Part shown: piece by piece, positions 24,713-37,706 of the stretch
Numbering within the stretch: position 1 is the stretch's first letter
How the letters are laid out: each line of letters opens with the position of its first letter
DNA from: Octopus bimaculoides
Lineage: Eukaryota
Direction: 5' to 3'
DNA: 64,000 bases
NCBI RefSeq assembly: GCF_001194135.2
Contig: NC_068985.1
Location: forward strand, 86,650,779 to 86,714,778
The notes under the pieces: generated by a model
What the model saw: the letters and a program-made list of their open reading frames with translations, nothing else
Databases searched by the model: none
Told to the model about the DNA's origin: nothing
Made by a program: the position numbers and the translations under genes

Positions 24713-25630
24713 AGATATATCAGTAAAGTTTAGAAAACTTGTTTGTTTTCTTTTAGAAATATTTTCCAGCTTCAGATCACAAGATTTCTCTGCTACTGAT
24801 ATTTTAAACAATCAAATTTCTCAATCAATTATACGCATTTATAGACCTTATTACGTCAGTGTGTGTACATCTGTTTGCGTATTTTCATATAAGGAGTTTA
24901 TTTTTCAAGGCAACATACAGCCACATGCCTTCGTGAACACTTGTTTAATCTTTATTCATGTAAGGAAATGGATGTTAAATTGATGATCATAATAATGCTG
25001 GGACATATTAATTCATCTTGAAATATATTTTTTTCCAAAGTATTGATTTTCTGTGTTTATTCACACATGTTTGAAATCTCCTAATGCATTGTGTCTTTAC
25101 ACTTATGAACGTATCATAATGCTTTCTAATCACTGCATTTCTTATGAAATAACACAGAAACATAACAAATCTGTTTGTTTTGGTGAATTGAGTCACACTT
25201 GGTTACACGCTTATAAATATACATGCTTATGTACAAGTAATCTTCATATATATTTATATATATATATATAATAATATTATTAGGGACAAAATCCAAAATT
25301 ACAGGTAAAAAACTCAATTAAAATCAATTTATAAAAAATTAAAATTAAATTGAGCCTTATAGATAAAGTATATATAAACTATATATAGTTTTAGGGAAAA
25401 TAACCAATTTTCAAGAACTCATCGATAAAAATCCACTATCACATATAGAAAAATTAATAATTAAAAGCACAATAAATGAGTATAATATAAAGTAAAGTAA
25501 ATAACATAAGATAAATATAATATAATATAATATAATAAATATAATATAATATAATATTATATTATATTTATCTTATGATATNNNNNNNNNNCTAAACTGT
25601 ACTAATGTATTATGCATGTATGTACGTGTG

Positions 25631-25681
<51 letters not shown>

Positions 25682-25753
25682 GTGTGTGTATATATGTATG
25701 TATATATCTATATCAATCTATCAATCTATCTACATATACATATATTCATATAC

Positions 25754-25787
<34 letters not shown>

Positions 25788-25849
25788 CACGGTATCACAG
25801 TATTGACTAGACTATCGGATGCTGTTCTACATTACTGATCACAATGCGC

Positions 25850-26030
25850 TTCACATTGTTTTAGTCTTTTGTACTCTCTCGCAGGGTTAACCATTCACAG
25901 CTTAGTGAACTGAAACAATGTGAAATGAAGTGTTTTGCCCAAGAACACAATGCATCACCTGGTCTGGGAATTGAACTCTTGATCTATTGGGTGTGAGTGC
26001 AATGCCCTAACCACGAGACCATGCATCTTC
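25850..26030 (-). mobile_element. tRNA-headed SINE of another family (V/Meta-like internal segment)
   Basis: Reverse strand: TGGTCTCGTGGTTAGGGCATTG...GAGTTCAATTCCCAGACC...GTGTTCTTGGGCAAAACACTTCATTTCAC. Confidence 0.7.
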
Positions 26031-26389
26031 AAATATACATATGTGTATATATATGTATATTTATATATGTTTGAGTACCTTTTTGGTTTAATGATAGCAT
26101 GTCTCTCATGTTTGCAAAAGATGTAGGTTCAAATTCCACAGTTGGTCAACATTTCACTTTTGCTAATCAAAGGAACTTATTTACTCTATATTAAAAATAT
26201 TTTAAATGTCTAATATAATTTGTAGAGTATTATGGTTGTGCAACAAAATGCTGTGTTCCTACAGGTCATTAATGTATATGTACCCACTTTCAGAAATGAG
26301 TCTGATATGTAAAATTGGTACATCCAGTAATGTTACACTGCTGTATTTAGTGATTATTTAAGCAAGGAGTTCATGGATGATTAATGGGT

Positions 26390-26585
26390 TGTAAAAAGCA
26401 CCCACTACACTCTTGGAATGGCTGGTGTTATGAAGGGCATCCAGCTGTAGAAGCCTTGTCAGATCGGATTGGAGCCTGGTGCAGCCTTCTGGCTTGCCAG
26501 TGCTCAGTCAAACCGTCCAACCCATGCCAGCATGGAAAGTAGACGTTAAATGACAATGATGATGATGATGATGATGATGATGATG
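26390..26585 (+). mobile_element. SINE-like family B, 3' part
   Basis: AAGGGCATCCAGCTGTAGAA...CCGTCCAACCCATGCCAGCATGGAAAGTAGACGTTAAA then (GAT)n. Confidence 0.88.
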
Positions 26586-26619
26586 GGTGCTGATAAAGGA
26601 GCAAAAAGTCTCTTTAAAT

Positions 26620-26850
26620 ATGGAATATATGCCCATTTTGAGGTCAAAATTTCCATTTTGAACTTGGCATACCGATCACGAGTGGTTCTTTCAGCTATGG
26701 CACCCTCTCCATACACAGCACAAATGTTGCGAGCAGCTTTTTCAGCCTTAGAACCTTGATTAAAAGCAAAAAGAATGAGGTGTCGAAAATGCTCGTTTTT
26801 CTTAACTTGACATTCCATTTTAATGATCTGAAAATAAACAAATATTAACT
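26620..26850 (-). mobile_element. Mariner (Mos1-like) transposase N-terminal HTH fragment
   Basis: MECQVKKNEHFRHLILFAFNQGSKAEKAARNICAVYGEGAIAERT.R.RYAKFK. Confidence 0.85.
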
Positions 26851-27769
26851 AAAATTAACAAGAAAAAAACCAAAATAGATTCCAAAATGATTCAAAAATA
26901 GAATTCTTGCAGAATTGGACAAAAAGTATCAAGTGGAATTTCATGCATCTTTTTATTCTGAGTTCAGAACCTTTCTAAATTTCAATTTTTTAGGGTCTAT
27001 AAACTAAGCACCAGTTGCATACTGGGGTTGATGTTATCAATTTAAATCCTCCCTGAAATTGCTGGCCTTGTGCCAAAATCTGAAATCAATGTACAGTACA
27101 GGTTCATTTCTGATTTCTCAGCAACTGAAGATTTCGTGTCTTCTTTAGTTCAGGTATAATTTTGTGAGGATGATTAAATTAGAAGATCTGAAATAAATTC
27201 AACTGCTCTCACAAATGAGAATACTAAAAAAGAACCCGATTAATCTAAAAAATTAAGTTAAAAAAACGGAAAAATAATCCAGAATTCTTGTCTGGTACCT
27301 GATCGATCCCAATGGTAGTCATGGAATGTGAAGGTGGCTGTAGAAAATTTAGTAACAGTAATAAATAGTTTAACCTTATCTAATACAAGCCAAAGTTAAC
27401 AAATTCACCATTCAAAATAGTTTCAAAGGCGGAGGTAATAATAATAATCAGTTCTACTCAGGAATTTTTAAATGAATAGTATGAGACCTTTTGGTTTTCT
27501 CTTCTCTTAAATTCTAGCCTTCCCTTTGTATTCCTGTTGTTTTAGATCGATGTATAGATGTATGTATGTATGTAAGTATACTGTAAAGTGTTAATATGTA
27601 TGTATAATATATAATATATATATTATAAAAATATGTTGGTGTTATTTACTTTCTTAACCGTTTTAGCTGCCATTTATTTATGTAGTTTGATTTCTTTATC
27701 CATTAGTTTCTACTAAGATAGAGACGTGAGTAAAATTAATAATAGAGAAATATAAATACAACTTTGGAA

Positions 27770-28025
27770 ACAGCCTAAAGGGAGATAACTGAGAAAGACT
27801 TGAAAGATCGTAATTATGTAAAATGATCGAACAAATAATCCAGAATCCTTGTCTGGTAACAGATTTATCCCAAAATCTAATCAGTTTGTGCCAGTCATAA
27901 GGCCAAACATCCCTGAAAGTTTCATCCTAATCCATCCAGCGGTTCTTGAAATATCTTGTCCAGAGACAAACAAACAAACACAACTGAAAAAACAATGTCT
28001 CTGCCTTCACTAAGGCAGAAGTAAT
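27770..28025 (+). mobile_element. Non-autonomous repeat ending ...AAGGCRGARGTAA; a second partial copy lies at about 27100-27440
   Basis: AATAATCCAGAAT(C/T)CTTGTCTGGTA shared by both copies, with a shared terminus; superfamily not assigned. Confidence 0.6.
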
Positions 28026-28703
28026 AAGATCCTCTATTAAAAGAAACTCATGTATCTAGCATTGGGTCATTGGTGGTTAGCATTGGGTTGAGGGTTCGAT
28101 TTTTGACTTGGCTGCGAGTTGTGTCCTTCAGCAATTCTCTCCATTTTACATTGTTCCAATACATTCATCTGAAAGCGAATATCAGTGACACTCTATAGAT
28201 AAATATCTCAGCCAAAGAGAAATCTTACGCTAGAGTTTCAATGAAAATGTCTTGAAAAACCAGACGAGTTCCTACCACGTCAAGACAGACAACCATGGTA
28301 CTGGGTGGGGGTTGGGATAGACTCAGAACGATTTGGTTAAATGTTGTTGTTTAGTAGCCAGTCATGGTCAAACATTACTTTATGATCAAAAACAGTGATA
28401 AAATCATCTCTTTAAAACAGGGTAGGTTTATTGCTAATGACTAATATTGAGAAAAATATTGCTTTCTTACAAAGCGTCACATTTCAGAGGCAGAGGTGGG
28501 GGGAGGAATGAATTAAATCATCTCCAGTACTTCATGCTGAGAAATATTGCATTGAAACAGAAAGTTCCAATAATATGGTGTGTTTGTTTGCATATGTGTT
28601 CTTCTTAAATGGTAAACTTCCTGTGAACCAAGCCCGCAAGCAAGTTTTGGTTCTCTATTGAAGCCAGTTCGTTTATGCCAGCATAAACATCATACATTCT
28701 CAT

Positions 28704-28730
28704 TCACTCCTCATATAAATTCCTGGTCTT
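28704..28730 (-). CDS. Candidate terminal coding exon (KTRNLYEE* if phase 0) of an unidentified gene
   Basis: Strong acceptor TTTTTCCTTTTTTTTTTATTTCGGCAG; AATAAA about 270 nt downstream (28427-28432, minus strand); no homolog recognised. Confidence 0.25.
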   Translation of the reverse strand, partial: KTRNLYEE

Positions 28731-29569
28731 CTGCCGAAATAAAAAAAAAAGGAAAAACGAAATAAGAAAAAAGAAATCAATATTCTTTTGATATGTATTG
28801 AAAAATAAGGTGTTTCTCTTGCAACATTTCTTCATTAGAAGTCACCAACATGAAAAATAAAAAGAGACATGACAACATTTCAAGAAGCGAACTTAAGAGA
28901 AAAGAAAACAAAATTTATAGATTTCAAGAATATATATTTTTCACCAAAATTTAAAAAGCAAACATTATTCCGCCTCTATCAGATTTATACGATGTATACC
29001 AGTGAAGATGAAATAAAGATAAAATACAGAAAAAAAGAAAGTGAAAACATTGAAAGTTTAATGTAATAACTGCAAAAATATGTAACTTTATAATTTTCGG
29101 TTCATAAAGCTGGAATTATAATTGAAAGTCAAACTTTGAATTCAAGCAGAATAAACTTGGCACCATATTTCTTTATTTTAATTTTAAGAATTCGAAAAAT
29201 ACAACCAATTTCACATTACACATTTGTGTCCATTCTGATTGCTTTTTTTAATATTTATTATTTCTTAAAATGTTATTAGAAATTAGTTCAGATTATTTCA
29301 ATTTTTAATTCTCTTATTTATATAAAATAAAAACACTTGCTGGGGTTTTGTTCCTTATAATAGATTCCATAAATCTTTTATATTCCACTTATATACACAT
29401 TTTAATTATTTCAGATTGGAGAATGTAATTTTTAGAAATAAAATTAAAAATGGTTTTTTCCATTTAGCAAGTAATTTGTCATTGTTTTATTAAGGTTTTT
29501 ATTAATCTAAAGTCTGTAACATTACAAGAAAACGTAGATGAGGCAGCAATACAATATTTTTATTTTATA

Positions 29570-30115
29570 TCTTTCATCTTTTTTACTTGTTTCAGTTGTA
29601 AGATTGTGGCCATGCTGGGGCAAAGCCAAGAAGAATTTCAGTTGAATACATTGCCCCACCAGCATTTATTTTCTGTTTAAACCTGGTAATTATTCTATCA
29701 GTCTCTAATGCTGAACCACTAAGTTACAGGGACATAAACACATCAATACCAGTTGTGAAGTGGTGCTGGGGGACAAATACAGGCACAAAGACACGCACGG
29801 ACACACACACATACACACAGAAGCATAACTGTTTATGTGTAACTATGTGTGGGGTGTGTGTGTGTGTGTTTGAGTGTGTGTCTGTGTGTCTGTATATGTG
29901 AGTATCTTTATGATTATCCCTCCCCAATAGATAACTGGTGTTGTTTGTTTACATTCCTGTAACTTAGTAGCTCAGCAAAATGAGACTGATAAATACCAGC
30001 CTCAATATAAATTTGGAGATAATTTGTTTGCTGAAACCCTTTAAGAAGATGCTCCATCATGGCCACCGTCCTATGACTGAAACAAGTAAAAAAAAACAAA
30101 TAAACAAAGAATAGA
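29570..30115. mobile_element. Two SINE family A 3' halves in inverted orientation (29570-29830 minus; 29880-30115 plus)
   Basis: TGTGGCCATGCTGGGG on the left and CCATCATGGCCACCGTCCTATGACTGAAAC on the right. Confidence 0.75.
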
Positions 30116-31011
30116 CGGTGATTACAGACACCTCTTTGAACTAAATTATACACTTCCAAACATGTAATTCTACACTTAAATCTACACTTAATTCTACACT
30201 TCTCCCAAAAGATTTCAATGCTGTTGTCCATCAGTACACAACATGTTCCCTTTGTCATAATTACATTTCTGAGCACTTCATAGGCTAAATTATCATGATT
30301 ATTTACCTGAACACGTTTGAACTTCTGTCTTGTCACAATATTTTCTCTTTTTACCTGTCTATTGCTTTACCTGCATGATTCACCTGTAAGTTACCTGCTG
30401 TGAATTTATCAACTTACTGCTCTTAAAGCATGTAAAAGAACGTTTCTTTTACAAGACTGAGTAATCTGTTAACTTATGCTACTAAATTAATTAAGACCAT
30501 TTCTTAATGAGACAACATCCTGGCTGAATGACATTTTCATTCCATGACTTCTCAGACTTTATGTCATACCTGGTGATTTATAATCTAACTTACCTTTAAT
30601 GAATGATAAAGAACACCTCAGGTTGTTTAAGAGTTGTAAGTCATACTAAATAATTCATCACTGAATTTACCATTTTTTAAATTAAACACTAAACCTTGCC
30701 TCTATAATTTAGAAGTCTCTAAGTTACTCTGTTAATTTATCATCATATTTACCAATTTTCTATTGAAATGGATATAATTTACAAAGCGACAGCAGTTTGT
30801 AAGTCACACCTGATAGGTTATAGACATATTTACCATTTATGAATAAAACAGATGTCACTTCCAGAACAACTTGCAGACAATAACTCAACAGTCACTAATC
30901 CTAAATGAATGATTTGGTGCATTTTTCTGAGAAACATGACACCAATGAAGCTGGCATTGATCTACTACTGCTTCATAAAACATCAAAACATTGTTATTAT
31001 TATTATCATTA

Positions 31012-31051
<40 letters not shown>

Positions 31052-31339
31052 CATTATTATTATTATTATTATCATCAAAACGCAGCAGTTGTCTCTTGGG
31101 AAATTATTGCTGTCCTTTCAATGTCTTTCTCCAGTTTTATGTCTGATAGCCATTTTAAGTTGGATTGTTATCAACACTAAGATAATTTTTACAAGATAAT
31201 GTTGTACAGGTTATCACATTATTAACTGAAGTACTTAATGAGCTCTAATGACTGGGGACAACAGTGACATTAAGCAGCAGATCAGAGAACTAAGACTTTA
31301 AGTGTTATTCTCAGGGATAATGGTAATTCTCATCGTCAC

Positions 31340-31672
31340 AGACATATACATGTATCTATGCATATATGTATGTATGCATGTACACACACAAATATATATA
31401 TGTGTGTGTGTGTGTGTATATATATATCTGTATACACACACACACACACACACACATACACAGACACACACAGACACACACACACATATATATATGTATG
31501 TAGGTATATATATGTGTGTATGCATATATATATATATATATGCATATGTGTGTGCATAGTGTGTATAATATATGCACACATACATACATGCATACATACA
31601 TACATATATCTATATATACATACATGCACACACATACACATATACATGCATATATATACATATACACATACA
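31340..31672. repeat. (TA/CA/TG)n microsatellite
   Basis: Visible. Confidence 0.95.
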
Positions 31673-31674
31673 TA

Positions 31675-32620
<946 letters not shown>

Positions 32621-32994
32621 TGTAGATATAAATCTACATACATATACTTTTATCTTGATAAAGACACACACCACACCAGCGCTCTGCTACAATAAACAAA
32701 AACAGCAACTCCTCTTCCAGCGCTAACATTCGTTGCAATTTAATCAGGACTCAGAAGTATCACTTATTATCACCCATAACTCTTTAGATCTATCTGCTTC
32801 TGTTGTTAATCACCTGTATTATTATAGTGTGGAATATACTCCCCAATGGTGTTTATACCTTGCTGTCATAATTATTAATACATTATAATTACAAATGTTT
32901 CAGACAAATTTCTTTAAACAACCAACTCTGAATCACTTCTGTTATTACTAACAACAAAGGCAAATTTCATAATTTGAAATATCTAACCATAAAG

Positions 32995-33425
32995 TCTCTC
33001 CCCCTCTCTCTCTCTCTCTAACACACACACACACTCTACCCCCTCTCTCTTTACCACCCACACCCACTGCACCCCCTCTCTCTCTCTCGCTTCCCTCTCC
33101 CCTTTTCTCTTACCCCCTCTCTCTCACTCCTCTCTCTTTCTTTCTTTTCTCTCACCCTCTCTCTTCTCTGTCTCTCACTCCTCTTTCTCTCACTTCTCTC
33201 TCTCTCACGTCTCTCTCTCTCTCTCACGTCTCTCTCTCTCTCACTCCTCCCTCTCTCTCACTCCTCCATCTCTCTCACTCCCCTCTCTCACTTCTCTCTC
33301 ACCCCTCACCCCCTCACCTTTTCTTTCACCTCTCTCTCCCTCTTTCACTTTTCTCTCCTTCTTCTTTCTTTCACTCACCCTCTCTCTCTCTCTTCTCTCT
33401 CACCTCTCTCCCTCTCTCTCTCCTC
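32995..33425. repeat. (CT)n-rich low-complexity tract
   Basis: Visible. Confidence 0.95.
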
Positions 33426-33481
33426 CCTTTACAACTGCGATAGATTCAGTTTGTTATCAGAGTTCCTTGTACAGTTGTTAC

Positions 33482-33497
33482 CTTCACTTCAAATAGT
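33482..33497 (-). CDS. Candidate 16-nt micro-exon ACTATTTGAAGTGAAG
   Basis: Acceptor TTTTTGGTTTTTCTTTTCATCAG, donor AAG|GTAACA; not within a repeat I recognise; one frame open (xLFEVK). Confidence 0.3.
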
Positions 33498-33939
33498 CTG
33501 ATGAAAAGAAAAACCAAAAATAAGCCGAAAACGAAAAGCAAAAAAGAAATAAAGAATGAAATGTTTGAAGTGAAAACAAAAGGAAGTGTTTCATTGATAA
33601 ACGAAAGTATATTGTGTGTGCTGTGCTAACCTAACGCCATTTGGTCATCATTGGTTCCATATCTTTTCTTCTCTATTCCTCTGCCATAACTGCCACACTC
33701 TCAGCTTCCTTTAAAATCTTACAGACCTCTAAACAAAGAATTGATTGATTGATGTAGCGTTACTTTAATGGCTGCTGGCATGGTTGGACATGTGAGAAGT
33801 TTGATTGAAAACCATCTGGTCTGAGTTTCATTCCCACTGCATAGAACCTTAGGCAAGAGTTTCAATTCCAATCACTATTCCTGGGAAGACCAAGCCATTG
33901 GTGTAAGCATAGCAAAACTGATTTTAATATAATTGTGGT

Positions 33940-34340
33940 GGCAAACTGGAGGAATGGTCACCATGCCAGGCAGAATGGTTACCATGCCAGGCAGAATGGT
34001 CACCATCATCATCATCATCATCATCATCGTTTAACGTCCGCTTTCCATGCTAGCATGGGTTGGACGATTTGACTGAGGACTGGTGAAACCGGATGGCAAC
34101 ACCAGGCTCCAGTCCGATTTGGCAGAGTTTCTACAGCTGGATGCCCTTCCTAACGCCAGGCAAAATACTTAGCGTTATTTTGTCCATCCTCACATTCTGA
34201 ATTCAAATGTCACAGGGTCACCTTTGCCTTTCGTCCTTTCAAGGGTCAATAAAATAAGTACCAGTCATGTACTGGGGTTGATGTAGTTCACTTATCCATT
34301 CCCAACATTTTGGCCCTGTGCCAAAATTTGAGACCAATAT
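33940..34340 (+). mobile_element. SINE family C with triplicated head segment and nested inverted family B insert (about 34005-34153)
   Basis: AATGGT(C/T)ACCATGCCAGGCAG repeated; the third unit is split by CATCATC..TTTAACGTCCG..TTCCTAAC and resumes at GCCAGGCAAAATACTTAGCG. Confidence 0.8.
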
Positions 34341-34349
34341 GCTTATTCA

Positions 34350-34541
34350 CTGTTCTATATTTTTGAGATGAGGAATTCTGTACATTATTTACATTATTTA
34401 AATTGGATGGATATGTGTCCTCATCTTGTTTGTTGTTACCACAATATTTCAGCTAATTTACTCTCCAGCCTTCATTAGGTGTCCTGGTGGAATTTTGAAC
34501 CCAACTGTAGGTTCTCATTCCTAAGGTATTTTTTGCTGATG

Positions 34542-34545
<4 letters not shown>
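34350..34545 (-). mobile_element. 3' part of a SINE containing a decayed hammerhead-like motif
   Basis: Inverted homolog of 34690-34770; reverse strand GACAC CTAATGA A GGCTG GAGAGTAAAT TAGCT GAAA TATT GTGGT. Confidence 0.65.
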
Positions 34546-34594
<49 letters not shown>

Positions 34595-34597
34595 CAT

Positions 34598-34770
34598 TAG
34601 CATAATGGTTTAGAGCGCGGGCTACTAACCCCAAGATTGTGAGTTCAATTCCAGGCAGTGCCTTGAATAAATAATAATAATAATAATAACATCAGCAAAA
34701 AATATCTTAGGAATGAGAAGCCAGGGCTGGGTTTAAAATTCTACCAGGACACCTGATGAAGGCTGGAGAA
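34598..34770 (+). mobile_element. tRNA-headed SINE: A/B-box head, (AAT)n spacer, hammerhead-like 3' part, truncated
   Basis: A-box-like TGGTTTAGAGC (34606-34616), B-box-like GTTCAATTC (34643-34651), then GACACCTGATGAAGGCTGGAGA; cut by an RLE fragment. Confidence 0.7.
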
Positions 34771-35160
34771 TAAATGGAGCAGTTCCAAGCAATGCTGTTT
34801 TTTGCAAGTGTTTCTCCTTTATTGCAGCCCCTATTTGTCCCATGTACTTCTCAAGATTCCTACTCACTGTTCCCAGGGCTCCGACAATTATTGTTACTAC
34901 TGCTACCTTTTTCATGAACCACAACTGCTTAACTTCCCAAGCTAACCTGTCATAGCTTTCAACTTTTCTTTCTTCCTTATTGCGTACCATTTTGTCAGCT
35001 GGGCATGCTATATCTACGATCTAGCATAGTTTGTTTTCTTTGTCAATTGACACTATGTCCAGTTTCCTATTCTCTATCTCATGGTTGCACCGAATCATAA
35101 AATCCCTTACGATCTTTGCTTTTTTATTTTCAATGATGCCTTCGGGTTTATGTTCATACC
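34771..35160 (-). mobile_element. R4/Dong-like RLE endonuclease-domain fragment
   Basis: YEHKPEGIIEN..KIVRDFMIR...RKLDIV..DKENKLC*IVDIACP.....KEERKVESYDRLAWEVKQLW...IIVGALGTV...LQKTALLGTA. Confidence 0.88.
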
Positions 35161-35162
35161 AC

Positions 35163-35214
<52 letters not shown>

Positions 35215-35291
35215 GTGATGATGATAATGATAATTATTAATATTGGATGTTGCTCTGAGAAGTCTTTGCCAACACTCTCATTCTGGATTAC

Positions 35292-35307
35292 CTTCTGGGA
35301 TGATGTT
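35292..35307 (-). CDS. Candidate 16-nt micro-exon AACATCATCCCAGAAG
   Basis: Acceptor AATTTATCCTGTTTCAG, donor AAG|GTAATC; all three frames open. Confidence 0.25.
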
Positions 35308-35749
35308 CTGAAACAGGATAAATTCTATTATGCATCAATTCATTAGAATTAATTCAAAGAAATATAAATGTTTATTTTAATTAATTCTTTTACTTTTGCT
35401 AAAAAAAGACATTTTAGACAATTCTTTCTTGTTAGCTGATATGTTATACAAAATGTTGACCAGCCAACCTCCTCCGCCAAACAAACAAAAGCAGTTGTTA
35501 AACAGAAGCCATGGAAAAAAAAGGAAAGAAAAAAAACAAAGGAAGAAATGAAGAAAAGTTTTGTAAAAGGAAATATTAACATCTCTTAAAAAGAAAAATA
35601 CTGATGTATCTGGTGTTTTTAGTACAAATGAGAGCAATTTTGACAACTTCTATATTAACAAAAACAAGAACAACACTTTTGGAAATGTCACTTTAAATAA
35701 AGAAATTTTAGATATAAGCATAATTGAGTGAGAGAAACAGCTTTGACAA

Positions 35750-36710
35750 GAATTGCCATGAGGGACTGTGTCTTGTAGCAGAGGAATTTATCAAAGAGTA
35801 GAAAATAAGACAGTTGCCATTCACAAAGAGTAATGCGGGGATGTGTACCCTCTAAAGAGAATTTGAAGAAGACCCTGGTTGAAGTTTAGGACACTATTTT
35901 GTTCATAAAGTGAGTCAATAGTTTCAGCCTGGTTTATAGGAAGGAGGGCAAGACAAAATGTAAAGTAGAAATAATGAGTTCAATACTCACTCAAAGGTTG
36001 GGTCTGCTGTAGCTGGGTCAGTGCAACATGGGGGCAACAATCAGGGATTGTGACACTGACTAATGGCATGTTGTCACCTCTCCAGTATGAGATGGGTAGG
36101 GAAAGGTAAGTGTGAAAGGGATGAATTACTTAGGATTTGCATGTCAATATGACTCCTGAATGCCATGGGGCCATTTTGGAGCTGTTCCCGATCTTGAATG
36201 CAAAGACAAAAGCAATGAGTTTGTTAGGAGAGGGCAAGAAAGTTCATCTGCTACAATTATGGTGGTAAAAGACGCTTGAGGGTTTTCTACCCAAAGAATT
36301 TGGAAATACAGTGAGAGAGAGGGGGAGGGGAGCAGAAAAACTACCATCAATAAATCATATGATGTGGTCCCGGAGGCTGCTAATCCAATCCCGTTGCTGG
36401 TTTAGGTTCAGGAAATGGTAGAGGAGATTGCCTTGATCTTAGTTCCCAAAACTGATAACTGGGAAGTAGACAGCCTGGAAATTGAGGAATTCCTCACCCG
36501 CCATGATACCACTCCATTGTCTTGCCAGAAAAAGGAGAAAACCACAAGGGCCAGAGGAAGAAAAGTGCTCAGGGTTAGAAGAATAAAAGGCACAAACAAA
36601 AGGACTCCCCAAAAGGGAAAGAATTTACCGAAGAAGAAGGTTACCGGAATGAATGAAGGGAAACCTACACAACTGCCAAAAGAGTTTCAAAGTTCTTCAA
36701 GTAGCAAATG
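35750..36710 (+). mobile_element. Degenerate LINE ORF1/gag-like remnant (possibly Tx1/L1-type)
   Basis: Higher-GC unique block. RKFICYNYGGKRRLRVFYP resembles a decayed CCHC knuckle; basic, low-complexity C-terminal ORF at 36415..36711; many stops. Confidence 0.35.
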
Positions 36711-37050
36711 ACTCCTCCTCCTCCTCCTCCTCTTCCTCTTCCTCTTCCTCTTCCNNNNNNNNNNNNNNNNNNNNNNNNNNNNNNNNNNNNNNNNNNNNNN
36801 NNNNNNNNNNNNNNNNNNNNNNNNNNNNNNNNNNNNNNNNNNNNNNNNNNNNNNNNNNNNNNNNNNNNNNNNNNNNNNNNNNNNNNNNNNNNNNNNNNNN
36901 NNNNNNNNNNNNNNNNNNNNNNNNNNNNNNNNNNNNNNNNNNNNNNNNNNNNNNNNNNNNNNNNNNNNNNNNNNNNNNNNNNNNNNCCCTTCTTCCTCTT
37001 CCTCATCTTCTTCCTCCTCCTCCCCTTCTTCCTCCTCCTCCTCACCACCA
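36711..37050. repeat. (CCT/CTT)n microsatellite spanning assembly gap 36755-36986
   Basis: Visible. Confidence 0.95.
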
Positions 37051-37079
37051 CTGACAGTGATATGCATTTACAACAATTA

Positions 37080-37296
37080 GACAAAGGGAAGACAAGGAGC
37101 CACACACACATACACACTCACACACACACCCACACACACACAACGGATTTCTTTCAGTTTCTGTCTACCAAATTCACTCACAAGGCTTTGGTTAGCCTAT
37201 GGCATAGTATAAGAGACTTGTCCAAGGTGCCACACAGTAGGACTGAACCTGGAACCATGTGGTTGCGAAGTAAGCTCCCTGTCACACAGCCATGCT
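37080..37296 (-). mobile_element. SINE family A, 5' half
   Basis: TTTCTTTCAGTTTCTGTCTACCAAATTCACTCACAAGGCTTTGG...ACTGAACCTGGAACCATGTGG. Confidence 0.85.
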
Positions 37297-37675
37297 TCTG
37301 CTGTTTTGTCCACAACAAAAGCAATCTGATGTACATTTGAAATGTGAAGTTTTTCACAATATGCACACATATACATACATGCATGTAAACCTAGCTACAC
37401 ACACACACACATAAATACATGCACACATACATACATGCATACATACACATACATACACATACATACACAACTACATACATACATACAAACATATGTACAT
37501 ACGTACATACATACATACATACATACATACATACATGCATACATATATAGATATTGTGTCTCAACAACTTTATTACACATCAAGCTAACATCTTTAAATT
37601 GATTTTTCTGTTTCTGTATTAAGACCATTTTCCCCTTCACAGGCCTGGAATTTCTCTGACACTTGTGTATACATA

Positions 37676-37706
<31 letters not shown>

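Noticed and set aside
34598-34660. tRNA gene
   Set aside because: Only A/B-box-like motifs and an anticodon-like loop; no full acceptor stem; runs into (AAT)n and SINE body. All other tRNA-like heads in the window are likewise SINE-derived
36086-36105. 20-nt plus-strand micro-exon (CTCTCCAG|...AAG|GTAAGT)
   Set aside because: Lies within the putative decayed ORF1-like block; shows how often such signals arise by chance
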